Shown: positions 35,277 through 45,597, numbered from the stretch's first letter. The stretch: DNA of 64,000 nt from an uncultured Actinomycetes bacterium (GCA_963742735.1 CAVUMN010000004.1:544001-608000), one strand, 5' to 3'. Translations and numbers: made by a program. The notes: a model not told the origin generated them from the sequence alone.

Positions 35277-37085
35277 TTACCCCGGCGGGCTTCCGACCCG
35301 CCGCCAGGGCGCGAATGCGTTCGTGACCCCCTGGAGGGCCGGCCGGAGCTCCGGGTAGTGGCGAAGCAGGATCGTCTTCATCGTGGTGTTGTCGATCCAT
35401 TCCAGCCCGGCCTGCGTGTAGACCTCCGGGCGATAGTCGGTCGTCAGGAACCGGTCGCTGTTCAGCCGGCGTGACGCCATCAGGACGAACACTCGAAACG
35501 CGGTGTCGCTGAACCCGAACCCCTTCGGGGGCTGCTCGCCGTACATGCCTACCATCAGGTCGACCCGCTCGAGGTCACCGTCGTACACCTGCCGCAGCTG
35601 CTGCTGCCACTCGGGGTTGGGGGTGAGGGTCTCGAACGACTCCACCGGCTTCAGGTGGAACAGGCGGCGAAACTGGTTGTAGCGCGGCACGCCCCGCTCG
35701 CGGATGCGCAGGATGTCCGTCGCGGCCAGATCGAGGATCGTGCCGTCCGGCCGTTCCAGGTGTTGCATGAACCGCGGGTAGTTGTGCAGCTGGATGGCGC
35801 CGGGGTTCGCGATCCCGAACGAGTACAGCGCGTCCGCGACGGAGATCGACTCCAGGCGCTCCTGGACGTGCAGGGCGTTCAGCTCCGGAAACGTCCGCTC
35901 CTCGATCAGCTCATCGTTCGCGATCCGGCGGAACGTGTAGTCGTCCGGGATGAGCGGGTGCATCCGGTACACGGCCGTGAACTCCTCGGTCAGCGAGTAG
36001 GGAACGCGGAAGTGGTCCGTCTCGGCCCCAGGGATGCCGCTGATCACCTCGCTCTTGCTGATGCGCCCCCGGCGCTTCTTCACCTTCTCGCCGGCCATGC
36101 CCCACCAGTTGACGCGCATGGCCAGCTGGCTGGTGGGGTGGGCGATGATCGCCGGGGTCCACTCCACCGTGTGGATCTTCGCCATCAACGCCGCGTTGAT
36201 CAGCCGCGCCCGGTGGTACAGCTCGTCGTCGGTCCAGCTGGGGTACTCGGACTTGAGCCGGTCACAGATCGCGTTGTGCTCTCGCATGAACAGCGTGTGG
36301 AGCAGCGCGAGGCCCACCCAGAAGTTGCCGGCAACGTCGGCCAGGTCCAGCCCCTGCTGCAGGTCCGCCGGGGGGAGCCCGTCCGGCCCGATGCGAAGCT
36401 TGCCGTCCTCGTTGGCCCGCACCTTGGCCGCGAACTCCGGGTTGTTCCCGTAGATCTGTGAGCCGTCCCACCAGTGGCTGTCGTTCGTGACGAACGCGGG
36501 CGGTTCGCCGTTGTCGACCCAGGAGGGGTCGCGCCGGGCGCGGGGGATCCGCATCGGCGTCTCCGGCCAGGCATCGCCCTCCCGCAGCTCGATCTCCCAC
36601 GCCGTCTCCCAGTCCCCCTTGCCGTGGCTGAACCAGTCGTGGACCTCGAACTGGATCCACGCCGCAGCCAGGACGTTGACGATCGTCGCCGGAACGAATG
36701 TGTCTCGGGTCAGCAGCTCTCGGCTCACCGTGCGCGGGTTGGGAGAGAGCAGGCTCTCCTCGCTCTCCGGGAATGCGTTGGCCAGGGGGATGTTGCGGCC
36801 GAACCGCGTCCCTGCCGCGCCCATCGCGGGGTTGCTCAGGTCGTTGAAGGTTCCGTCGAGGGTGCGGGCCTTCAGGTACTGCACCTCCACCGACCGGGGC
36901 GGCAGGGAGTCCTTGAAGGGGGCCGCGCTGTCGTTGTCGACCAGGTTCTCGCGGCGCAGCCGGTCTCGCACGCCGGCCAGGGTCAGCAGTCCCAGGTACT
37001 TCGGAAGTCGATCCCAGCCGAATCTGCGATCCAGCCGCGAGGCGATGTTCTGAACGATCCGGCCGCCGGTGGAGTGAGGGTCCAC
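35277..37085 (-). CDS. Heme peroxidase of the peroxidase-cyclooxygenase superfamily, alpha-dioxygenase-like
   Basis: RTLDGTFND, WIQFEVHDW, HWWDGSQIYG, AKIHTVEWTPAI, EEFTAVYRMHPLIPD, RERGVPRYN, MASRRL. Confidence 0.92.
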   Translation of the reverse strand: MDPHSTGGRIVQNIASRLDRRFGWDRLPKYLGLLTLAGVRDRLRRENLVDNDSAAPFKDSLPPRSVEVQYLKARTLDGTFNDLSNPAMGAAGTRFGRNIPLANAFPESEESLLSPNPRTVSRELLTRDTFVPATIVNVLAAAWIQFEVHDWFSHGKGDWETAWEIELREGDAWPETPMRIPRARRDPSWVDNGEPPAFVTNDSHWWDGSQIYGNNPEFAAKVRANEDGKLRIGPDGLPPADLQQGLDLADVAGNFWVGLALLHTLFMREHNAICDRLKSEYPSWTDDELYHRARLINAALMAKIHTVEWTPAIIAHPTSQLAMRVNWWGMAGEKVKKRRGRISKSEVISGIPGAETDHFRVPYSLTEEFTAVYRMHPLIPDDYTFRRIANDELIEERTFPELNALHVQERLESISVADALYSFGIANPGAIQLHNYPRFMQHLERPDGTILDLAATDILRIRERGVPRYNQFRRLFHLKPVESFETLTPNPEWQQQLRQVYDGDLERVDLMVGMYGEQPPKGFGFSDTAFRVFVLMASRRLNSDRFLTTDYRPEVYTQAGLEWIDNTTMKTILLRHYPELRPALQGVTNAFAPWRRVGSPPG

Positions 37086-37184
37086 GAGGGTTCCTTCCTG
37101 TGGAAACGGGACGTGAAGGTTTCGCTTTGAGCTTTTTCGCATCCTACGCGCAGACCCGAGGGGCCCGCCAGGGAACCGTGGCGG

Positions 37185-38768
37185 CTACAGGACCTCGGCG
37201 GCCTCGGCTCTGGCCTGCTGCTCGCCGGGCTGTTCGCCCACGTGCTCGCGCTGGGGCGCGCCCGACGGGATGAACCGGAAGGCGATCACGGCCGCGGCGA
37301 AGAGGACCGCGGAGGCGACGAGGAGCGCGAGGTGGAACCCGTCCAGGAACGCCCCACCGAACGCCGCCTGCACCGCCCCGACCTGCTGGGGGTTCAGCCC
37401 CTCGAGCAGCGCCGGGTCCAGGCGTCCGTGGCCGGCCGACGCCACGATCGCCGTCTGCTGCGCCGCGGGGAGGCCGAGGCCCGCGATCGTCGTGGTCAGC
37501 GAGGACTTGAGCTTGGTCGTGAGCAGCGTCCCCAGCAGGGCGATGCCGAACGTTCCCCCGACCTCGCGTGAGGTGTTGGTGGTCGCCGACCCGAGGCCCG
37601 CCCGCTGCGGTCCGACCGCGTTCATGACCGCCGCGGTCATCGGCGTCATCGTCGAGGCCATCCCGATGCCCATCACCATGAAGATCGGCAGGATCACCGC
37701 GAACGACGTGTCCGGGCCGATCCGGCTCAACAAGAACAGTCCCGTTCCGGCGAGGGTCAGGCCGAACACCATCGGCCACTTCGACCCGATCTTCGACGCG
37801 AGCCGGCCCGCGTTGGGCGCGACCAGGATGATCATGACCGTCATCGGCAGGAACCGGACACCGGTCTCGAAGGGCGAGTAGCCCCGGATGAGCTGCATGT
37901 ACAGGCTGGTGAAGAAGAAGATTCCGAACATCCCGAGGGACAGCGAGAACGCGACGGCGTTGCCCGCCGCGAACGAGGGGATCCGGAAGAACGACAACGG
38001 CAGCATCGCGTGTTCGTTGCGGTGCTCCCACCAGATGAAGGCCGCGAAGAGCGCCGCCGAGAGCACCAGGCTTCCCACGATCACGGGATCGCCCCATCCG
38101 CGCTGGTTGGCCTGGATCAGCCCGTAGGTCACGGCGAACAGCCCGCCGCTGCCCAGGACGAGCCCGGTGATGTCCAGGTGCCGCAGCTCCGAGGAGACCG
38201 ACTCCTTGACCACGCGGCTGGCCACGATGAAGCCGACGATCCCGATGGGCACGTTGAGGAAGAAGATCGACTCCCAGCCGACGTGCTCGATCATCCAACC
38301 GCCGAGTGTCGGTCCCAGGGCGAGCGCCAGGCCGGACACACCGGCCCACATGCCGATCGCCTTCGCCCGCTCGTGCGCCGGGAAGGTGACCGTGATGATC
38401 GACAGCGTCCCGGGCATCAGGAGCGCCGCGCCGATGCCCTGCAGCGCGCGGAACGCGATCAGCTGGCCGGTGGACTGGGAGAGCCCGCACAGCAGCGAGG
38501 AGGCGGTGAAGACCGCGAGGCCCAGCAGGAACATGCGCTTGCGCCCGTAGCGGTCGCCCAGGATCCCGCCGGTGAGCAGCAGGCTCGCGAACGCCAGGAC
38601 GTAGCCGTCCACGATCCACTGCAGGCCGCTGACGCCCGCGTTGAGCTCGCGAGACAGTGTGGGCAGGGCCACATTGACGACGGTGTTGTCGAGCATCGCC
38701 ATGAACAGCGCGAAGCACATCGTCAGCAGGACGAGGATCTTCTCGCGCTTGTTCTCGCCTTCGAACAT
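37185..38768 (-). CDS. DHA2 (EmrB/QacA) MFS efflux transporter
   Basis: LDNTVVNVALP, GILGDRYGRKR, WESIFFLNVPIG; 14-TM pattern. Confidence 0.95.
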   Translation of the reverse strand: MFEGENKREKILVLLTMCFALFMAMLDNTVVNVALPTLSRELNAGVSGLQWIVDGYVLAFASLLLTGGILGDRYGRKRMFLLGLAVFTASSLLCGLSQSTGQLIAFRALQGIGAALLMPGTLSIITVTFPAHERAKAIGMWAGVSGLALALGPTLGGWMIEHVGWESIFFLNVPIGIVGFIVASRVVKESVSSELRHLDITGLVLGSGGLFAVTYGLIQANQRGWGDPVIVGSLVLSAALFAAFIWWEHRNEHAMLPLSFFRIPSFAAGNAVAFSLSLGMFGIFFFTSLYMQLIRGYSPFETGVRFLPMTVMIILVAPNAGRLASKIGSKWPMVFGLTLAGTGLFLLSRIGPDTSFAVILPIFMVMGIGMASTMTPMTAAVMNAVGPQRAGLGSATTNTSREVGGTFGIALLGTLLTTKLKSSLTTTIAGLGLPAAQQTAIVASAGHGRLDPALLEGLNPQQVGAVQAAFGGAFLDGFHLALLVASAVLFAAAVIAFRFIPSGAPQREHVGEQPGEQQARAEAAEVL

Positions 38769-38849
38769 CCGGGCACCCCTCGCTTTCCAGGCCGAAGGTT
38801 AGTCGCGATCCGAAGAATGGCCGGTGCGGGCCGGGATACGCTCGCGCCG

Positions 38850-39866
38850 ATGGCGCTCGCCGACGTGCTCGAGGGAGTCCTGGTCGTGGACCTGTCCGTG
38901 ACCGCGCCCGGTCCGTACTGCACGTCGCTCCTGCGCCGGATGGGGGCGCGGGTGGTGAAGTTCGAGCCGCCCACCGGCGACCCCGCGCGACAGTTCGTCC
39001 GGACGTACGAGGCGCTGAACCGCGGCAAGGAGAGCGTGGTGGTCGACCTGTCGCTGCCGGAGGACCTCGCGATGGTCCGGTCGGCGGCGGCCCGGGCCGA
39101 GGTGTTCGTCGAAGGGTGGCGGCCGGGCGTGGCCGAGCGGCGCGGCCTGGGGCCGGACGTGCTCCTGGCCGAGAACCCGCGCCTCGTTTACTGCTCGATC
39201 TCCGGGTACGGCGCGGCGAGCCCGCTTCGCGACCGTGCCGGCCACGACCTGAACTTCGTCGCCGCCAGCGGCATGGCGAGCCTGCTCGCGCGCAACGCCG
39301 ATCCGGTGCCGCCCGGGGCGCCGCTGGCGGACCTGGCCGGCGGCACGTTCGGCGCTCTCGCGGTCCTGGCCGGGGTGATCGGGGCCCGCGCCACCGGGAC
39401 CGGCGGCTACTACGACGTGTCGATGGCCGGCGCGCTCCGGGACTGGGTGGACTCCATCGGGGGCGCCGAGACCGTGGTTTCGCGCAACCCGCTCGACGAC
39501 GTCCCGCACTACGGGATCTTCGCGACGTCCGACGGACACCACCTGAGCCTGGCCGTCGTCTACGAGACCTCGCTGTGGGAGGGACTGTGCGACGCGCTCG
39601 GCATGGGTGACGTCCGCAACCTGACGTTCGCCGAGCGCGTGTCCGCCCCACAGCTCCGCGACCGGATCGCGAAGGTGGTCGGCGAACGCCCGCGGGCCCT
39701 GCTCGAGGCCGACCTGTCCGCGGTCAATACGTGCTGGGCGTTCGTCGACCCGCCGGGACTCGCCGCGGTGGAGGCGTTCCTGCCTCCGGCTGCGGAGCCC
39801 AGCCCCGCCCTGGGTGCGCACACCGAATCGGTGCGGGCCGAGCTCAGCGCCACTCGACCAGGGTGA
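38850..39866 (+). CDS. CaiB/BaiF family III CoA-transferase
   Basis: PGPYCT, LNRGKESV, EGWRPGV, YCSISGYG, AGHDLNF, ADLAGG; ATG 7 nt after TACGCT. Confidence 0.92.
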   Translation: MALADVLEGVLVVDLSVTAPGPYCTSLLRRMGARVVKFEPPTGDPARQFVRTYEALNRGKESVVVDLSLPEDLAMVRSAAARAEVFVEGWRPGVAERRGLGPDVLLAENPRLVYCSISGYGAASPLRDRAGHDLNFVAASGMASLLARNADPVPPGAPLADLAGGTFGALAVLAGVIGARATGTGGYYDVSMAGALRDWVDSIGGAETVVSRNPLDDVPHYGIFATSDGHHLSLAVVYETSLWEGLCDALGMGDVRNLTFAERVSAPQLRDRIAKVVGERPRALLEADLSAVNTCWAFVDPPGLAAVEAFLPPAAEPSPALGAHTESVRAELSATRPG

Positions 39867-42798
39867 CGCTGCGCACCTTGAGACGGGCCGCGGCGCGCTC
39901 GCGCAGCAGCAGGCCGGCTCCCTCGGGCGAGCGGGTGTAGACGAGCGCCCCGCCTCCCACCCAACGCGCCCACGCCCGTCCGAAGGCCTCCGCGAGCTCC
40001 TTCCTGCGCCCGAAGACCGCGGGAACCGGGTGGTAGAACGGCCGCCGGCGGCGGGCGACGCGCATGACGCTGCGCAGCAGGTACCAGAACGGGCGGTAGA
40101 ACGTCCCGGACAGGGACGCCTCCTCGCGGACGACCAGGTACCGCTGGTCGGCGACGGGATCGAACAGCTCGCCGTAGGCGGTCGCGAACAGGTCCGCCGC
40201 CGCGGCGTCCTTGGTCCACAGGTGCACGTCGTAGGTGCCCTGGACGGTGATCGTCACCCGGACCTGCTCGGGGCTCGCCGGCGCCAGGCCCGTCTCCCGT
40301 AACGCCTCGGCGACGGCCTTCCCGAAGTCGGCCAGGTACGAGTCGACCGGCAAGTCGATGAACGCGGCCCGCACGTAGCGAACGAAGAACGGCGCTGCCA
40401 GCGCCACCGGCGCGACGAGGGCCACCCCGATCAGCGCCCACATCAGCGCGCGGTTCGGGATGTCCAGGAGCCGCGGGATCACCTGCCAGATGAGGACGGC
40501 GTAGACGATGGCCGTCGACACGGCCGTGTTCAGCAGGGCCCGGAGCGATCCGACCCACGAGAAGGCCGTCTTCAGGCGAACGTCCTCGGCGGCCAGGACC
40601 GTCCCCCGGAACTCGAAGTTGTCGTAGGCGTCCCCGACGCCCCACCGCTCGTACGCGGCGGGCCGGTCGCGGGCCCGTTCGAGCGAGCGCTCGTTGATGG
40701 CCTTCGGCGACACCAGCGCGAGCGGGTCGGCAAGGAACATGAGCCGTTCGTCCACGTGCGCGGCGCCCTTCACGATCCGCCGCTTCGGCCCGAGACCCCA
40801 CACGTGGCGGTGCTTGGCCAGCAGGCGCCGGAGGTCGCCGTCGCCCTGGTCCAGGTTCCGGTCCAGACAGACGATGTCCCAGTTGTTGGCGACCTTGCGC
40901 GGCGCCGCCGGGTCGAGGCGGATCGAGCGCCCCCGGATCTGGTTCACGCTGGCGTACGTCCCGGCGGTGGTCAGGTCGACAAGCGTGTTGAGGCGAAGCG
41001 AGTCCCATCCCTCCGACAGCAGCCCGCGCGTGCCGACCAGACAGCGGGTCACCCCGCGCTCGAACATCGACGTGACCAGCGCCACATACTCGCGGGGGCC
41101 CCAAACGCCGCCCTCGGCCACGATCACCGCCAGTCCCTGTCCGGCGTCGCGAGCCTCGACCCCCGCGGGGTGACCGCGCTCGGTCACCCACGTCCGGGCC
41201 TCGGCGATGAAGCGGTCGGCGAGGCCAGCGTCGACCAGCACCGAGCGGCCGGTAAGCATCACCGGGTCGAGGGCGTTGGTGGCCGGGTCCGCGACCAGGG
41301 CCCGGATGGCCCGGACGGCCCCGCCGGCCTCGGGGTCCAGCACGCCCTCCAGGCGGCGCAGCGCCGTGGCCGAGGACCGCTCGAAGTCGGTCAGCACCAC
41401 GGCCCGGAGCTCGGTCCCCATCGCCTGGGACTCGGTGCACAGGACGTCCACCATCGCCTCGACCTTGCTCGAGGAGTACGCCAGGACGCGGTCGATCGGG
41501 GAGGGCCCGGCGCGCCAGCCGGTCTCCGTCATCGTCCACCCCAGGGTGCGCAGGGTGGCGCGAAGGTCGCCGAGCGTCTCGACGTCGGCCGGCTCGCGTG
41601 AGGGCCGCAGGATCCCCAGCGACCACTCCCGCAGCAGCGCCATCCGGTCGCGGGCGTCGGGCGGCCGGCGCATCTCGGGGATCGCCTCGACGTCCTCTGC
41701 GAGCTCCTGCCCCGAAGCGAGCAGGTACCGGACGCCCGCCACCGCCAGGTCGAACTCCTCGGACAGCAGGGTTTCCCAGGCGACGCCGGTTCCCGGCCGG
41801 TTGATGCGCGCCTCCAGGTGGGGGAGGAACCGCGGGTCGGCGAACGCGCGGGCGAAGGCCTCCTCCAGCAGGAGGTGGCGCGAGCGCAGGAACCGTCCCT
41901 CCTCCGGAGTCGGCTCGGTCACCAGGACCAGGTCCTGGTACGGCGCCAGGCTCCCGCTCTTCACGACGGCGGGCGTCGGGACCTCGAAGTCGATCCCGTT
42001 CACCAGCGCCAGGTAGTTCTCCATGCCCTCGGGCTGGCCGTCGGCGGGGGGCGTCGCGGTGAGGCCGACGACGAGCGCGTCGGGGAGCCGCCGGATCAGC
42101 TCGCGCAGGATCATCGCCCAGTAGTCGAGCAGGTGGTGCGCCTCGTCCAGGATCACCACGCCGGTTCCGGCGGCGACGATCCGCTCGACCAGGTCCAGGG
42201 CGTTCGGGTGCAGCAGCTGTCCGATGTCCGCCTCCCCGGTAGCCAGGAGACGGCGAACCTCGCGGCTCGCGCGGACCGACACGCCGCTTCGGTACTCGGC
42301 GGCCGCATCGTGCCGGAGCCCGTTCAGGTGATCGGTCGCGCTCTCCTCGCTGCGACCGGCGTCCACGAGCTCTGACAGCCATCGGGCCCGCCCCAGCCGC
42401 TCGGTGAACTCCTGGTCGTGGGCCCGGGTGCCCAGGCTCTGGTACGTCAGCGAGCTGATCGTGCGGAGCTCGCGGGGGTCGGTGCTGACGTGGAGAAGGA
42501 GCGCGTCCTCGCCCTCGGTGTCGCCCTCCGGGCGAAACAGCCGGACCTTCTCCGCCCACTGCTCTTGGATGGTGGTCGTTGGGGAGAACGTCACCGTCGG
42601 GCGGCCGATCCGCCGCGCGATCTCGAGGCCCACGATCGTCTTCCCGGCGCCGGGCGGGGCGACCACGTGGAAGGTGCGTACCGCCGGGTCCCGGGCCTGG
42701 AACCGCTCGAGGATCATCGTCTGGTACACGCGCCACGGGTATCGGAACCCCATCGACGCGTGGACCTGCGGGGCGAGGCTGAGACGTGTCTCGTCCAC
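39844..42798 (-). CDS. SF2 (ResIII-like DEAH) helicase with a C-terminal TM hairpin
   Basis: WRVYQ, APPGAGKT, LDEAHH, GLTATP, LSEGWD, NQIRGR; two hydrophobic helices near the C-terminus. Confidence 0.88.
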   Translation of the reverse strand: MDETRLSLAPQVHASMGFRYPWRVYQTMILERFQARDPAVRTFHVVAPPGAGKTIVGLEIARRIGRPTVTFSPTTTIQEQWAEKVRLFRPEGDTEGEDALLLHVSTDPRELRTISSLTYQSLGTRAHDQEFTERLGRARWLSELVDAGRSEESATDHLNGLRHDAAAEYRSGVSVRASREVRRLLATGEADIGQLLHPNALDLVERIVAAGTGVVILDEAHHLLDYWAMILRELIRRLPDALVVGLTATPPADGQPEGMENYLALVNGIDFEVPTPAVVKSGSLAPYQDLVLVTEPTPEEGRFLRSRHLLLEEAFARAFADPRFLPHLEARINRPGTGVAWETLLSEEFDLAVAGVRYLLASGQELAEDVEAIPEMRRPPDARDRMALLREWSLGILRPSREPADVETLGDLRATLRTLGWTMTETGWRAGPSPIDRVLAYSSSKVEAMVDVLCTESQAMGTELRAVVLTDFERSSATALRRLEGVLDPEAGGAVRAIRALVADPATNALDPVMLTGRSVLVDAGLADRFIAEARTWVTERGHPAGVEARDAGQGLAVIVAEGGVWGPREYVALVTSMFERGVTRCLVGTRGLLSEGWDSLRLNTLVDLTTAGTYASVNQIRGRSIRLDPAAPRKVANNWDIVCLDRNLDQGDGDLRRLLAKHRHVWGLGPKRRIVKGAAHVDERLMFLADPLALVSPKAINERSLERARDRPAAYERWGVGDAYDNFEFRGTVLAAEDVRLKTAFSWVGSLRALLNTAVSTAIVYAVLIWQVIPRLLDIPNRALMWALIGVALVAPVALAAPFFVRYVRAAFIDLPVDSYLADFGKAVAEALRETGLAPASPEQVRVTITVQGTYDVHLWTKDAAAADLFATAYGELFDPVADQRYLVVREEASLSGTFYRPFWYLLRSVMRVARRRRPFYHPVPAVFGRRKELAEAFGRAWARWVGGGALVYTRSPEGAGLLLRERAAARLKVRSVTLVEWR

Positions 42799-42861
42799 GG
42801 CCCCCGATGCTCCCACGCCCGGCGGGAGGGATGGCTTCACGGCGCGGGGAATCCTTCGGAG

Positions 42862-44289
42862 ATGCGCCGCCTCGTTCTCGTGCTGGCCCTGTTCGCGTTC
42901 GCGCTGCCGTCCCCGGCGGGCGGCGAGCCGCTGATCCCGGGGTTCCCCGCGTGCGGCCGTCCCCTGGAGAACGTGCCCCCCGGTGCTCCGCGGAACGTGG
43001 AGCTCGCGACCGTCACCGACACCGAGTTCGTCGTCACCTGGCTGACGTGCTCGGCGGACGGGCGGCCACTCGCGACCGACACGACGGTCCAGGTGGCCGA
43101 GATCGGGTCGGACGTCATCTCCGAGGGGACGATCGGGCGCCCGACGCCCTTCCACTACGCGAGGCTCGGCCTCCTGACGCCGGGCACGATGTATCAGTAC
43201 TCGGTCTCCTCCGGGGGGCTCCCGGCCGCGCTCGATCGCCTGAACCCGGGCGTGTTCCGCACCCTGGCCCGCCCCGCCGGGCGTGAGCTGTTCCGGCTCG
43301 GGGTCCTGGCCGACACGCACCTGGGCGAGACCGTCTCGGGCCTGGCTACCTCGTCGCCGTTCGAGCTGCCGCCGCCCTACCGGAGCGATCGTCCCTACCC
43401 GGAGGTGATGGTCCGGGCCGCGGTCGCCGGGTTGAACCGGGAGGGGGCAACGTTCACGGTCCTGCCGGCGGACGTCTCGTCCCACGGAGAGCGCGCCCAG
43501 CTGGCGGCCCTCCGCGGGGTGTTGCGGGGGTTGCGCAGCCCCTACCTGATCGCCCGCGGCGCGCACGATCGCGCCAACCAGTACGACGCGTCCCGGCGGG
43601 ACTGCGGGCCGGACGGCGACTGCTTCCGGGCGATCTTCCGACCCGGCGTCCGCCCCGATCCCGAGCCGGTGCACCGCCCGGCCGCGGCCGTCCACCGAGG
43701 GTGGAGCCTCATTGCCCTCGATTCCGCGAACCCGGCCTCGGGCCTGGGGGAGATGCCCGCCGAGCAGCTGGCGTGGCTCGAGGGAAAGCTGACCGTCGCC
43801 GACCGGACGGGACGGCCCTCGATCGTGTTCCTGCATCACCCGGTGGCGCACTACTCGACCACGCTCGCCATCCCGCCGGCGACGTTCGGCGTCGATCAGG
43901 CCGACGCGAACGCGCTCCTGCAGGTGATCGCGGACCACGACGTGCGGCTCGTGATCTCCGCCCACACGCACCGGAACTGGATCGCCTACGACCCACGCAC
44001 GGGCCGGACGCCGCTCATCGAGGTCGGCCCGTCGAAGGAGTACCCGGCCGGCTACTCGCTGATCCGGGTGTTCGAGGGCGGCCTGCTACGCACGTGGATG
44101 CCCACCGACTGCCCGTTCTGCAACGTGTGGCGCGAGAGCACCCGCGGCGAGTACGCCGGGTTGTACCCCCTGTACACGACGGGGTCCCTCCGGGACCGCG
44201 GCTTCGAGCACGCCTTCGACGGCCCCGACGTACCCGGGGTCCCGTCGCTGCCGCTGGGGGCGTGGCCTCCCTTCCTCTGCTCGGCCTAG
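42862..44289 (+). CDS. Secreted metallophosphoesterase with an N-terminal FN3-like domain
   Basis: Signal peptide; LADTHLGE, PADVS, RGAHD, FLHHP, SAHTHRN. Confidence 0.88.
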   Translation: MRRLVLVLALFAFALPSPAGGEPLIPGFPACGRPLENVPPGAPRNVELATVTDTEFVVTWLTCSADGRPLATDTTVQVAEIGSDVISEGTIGRPTPFHYARLGLLTPGTMYQYSVSSGGLPAALDRLNPGVFRTLARPAGRELFRLGVLADTHLGETVSGLATSSPFELPPPYRSDRPYPEVMVRAAVAGLNREGATFTVLPADVSSHGERAQLAALRGVLRGLRSPYLIARGAHDRANQYDASRRDCGPDGDCFRAIFRPGVRPDPEPVHRPAAAVHRGWSLIALDSANPASGLGEMPAEQLAWLEGKLTVADRTGRPSIVFLHHPVAHYSTTLAIPPATFGVDQADANALLQVIADHDVRLVISAHTHRNWIAYDPRTGRTPLIEVGPSKEYPAGYSLIRVFEGGLLRTWMPTDCPFCNVWRESTRGEYAGLYPLYTTGSLRDRGFEHAFDGPDVPGVPSLPLGAWPPFLCSA

Positions 44290-44323
44290 GATTCGCGCGC
44301 GCCGTCGTCGAACCACTGGGGAC

Positions 44324-44911
44324 ATGCGCAGGCTCCTCGTCGCGGTGACCATGGCCACGCTCGTGCTCGGATCCGGCGTCCCCGCGGGGGCGGCCCTCGT
44401 GGATCCGGCCTCGCATCCGGACGGCCTGAGCCCGTACAAGCCGCCCCACTTCCGCTGCAAGCAGTGGCAGCGCTACCGCACCGACGAGAGCCCCGCGATC
44501 CCCGGCCCCGCCCAGGATCCACTCTGCGTCGACTACGACAAGCGCGACATCACCGTGGACAACCTCGGGGCGGTGCTGTTCGCCTACCAGGAGCCGTTCC
44601 GGTTCGCGGCGGCGGCCGGAAAGTGCCGGTACTGGCAGGTCGACCACTGGTCGATCCAGGTTTCGCGGCCGGGTGAGCCCGTCCTGGTGCAGTGGGATGG
44701 CTCGTACTGGTTCGACCTGATCAACGGCGAGGCCGGGGGCATCCTGCGCAACTTCCGAGTCGCGGGCCATCCCGCGGACGTGGGCGCGGCGGCCTCGCTC
44801 GTCGAACGCGTGGACCCCGAGGCCGGCGCGGTGCTGCGAACCTATGGCGCCCGCGGCGGCGGGGGCGGCGGCACCGTCCACGCCAACAACCCCACCGGTC
44901 AGTGCCCCTAG
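44324..44911 (+). CDS. Secreted hypothetical protein
   Basis: Signal peptide; CVDYDKRDITV, KCRYWQVDHWS. Confidence 0.8.
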   Translation: MRRLLVAVTMATLVLGSGVPAGAALVDPASHPDGLSPYKPPHFRCKQWQRYRTDESPAIPGPAQDPLCVDYDKRDITVDNLGAVLFAYQEPFRFAAAAGKCRYWQVDHWSIQVSRPGEPVLVQWDGSYWFDLINGEAGGILRNFRVAGHPADVGAAASLVERVDPEAGAVLRTYGARGGGGGGTVHANNPTGQCP

Positions 44912-45597
44912 ACCCGGCAGAGTTCGGGCTCACCCGGCGCGACCTCCTGAAGCGAGCGGCCCAGGCCGCGGCCGTGGGGCTCGCGGCGACCCAGCTCCCG
45001 CCGTTCGCCTGGGCGTGGCCTCGGGAGGCGAGCGCGCACGTCCCCCCCACCGGGCCGCCCGCCGACCCGTACACGGTGGAGACCATCGAGGCGTTCGCCG
45101 ACACGATCATCCCGGGCCAGAAGCGTTCGGCCGACGACCGCGCGATCGCGGGCGCGGTCAGCGGGCCCGGCGCCGTCCAGGCGGGCGCGGTGGACATGTG
45201 GTACTTCGGCCCGCTGCAGTCCTCGGCCGTGGCCCCGCCGTTCGCGGTCGCGTTGAACGCGTTCGCGCGGATCCGGTTCCCCCAGACCGCGGTGACGCCC
45301 CCGGAGTTCGTCCTGCTGGACTTCGACCAGCGCACCGAGCTCCTGTACACGCTGTACGACCCCTCAGCCCCCGACCGGCAGTTCTGGGTGGTGGGCGCGG
45401 CCATCGTGTTCCTGGCGTTTCACACCGCCGGGTTCCTGCACACCGCCGACGCCGTCCGCGAGGGCCACCCCGGGCTGGCGTGGCTTCGGTTCCCGAAGCC
45501 GGACCCGGACGGCCTGTGGCGGTACCCCGAGGCCTCGTACCGCCGCCGTCTGAACCGGTTCCACCCCCGGACCACGAAGCGGGGCCACCCCGCGTGA
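44902..45597 (+). CDS. Tat-exported DUF5987 / enediyne E8-like protein
   Basis: Tat motif LTRRDLLK; TIEAFADTIIPGQKR...AIAGAVSGPGAVQAGA; HPGL...PDPDGLWRYP..SYRR. Confidence 0.8.
   Translation: MPLDPAEFGLTRRDLLKRAAQAAAVGLAATQLPPFAWAWPREASAHVPPTGPPADPYTVETIEAFADTIIPGQKRSADDRAIAGAVSGPGAVQAGAVDMWYFGPLQSSAVAPPFAVALNAFARIRFPQTAVTPPEFVLLDFDQRTELLYTLYDPSAPDRQFWVVGAAIVFLAFHTAGFLHTADAVREGHPGLAWLRFPKPDPDGLWRYPEASYRRRLNRFHPRTTKRGHPA

Noticed and set aside
39844-42798. Type III restriction-modification system
   Set aside because: No Mod methyltransferase nearby and no recognisable PD-(D/E)XK nuclease domain.
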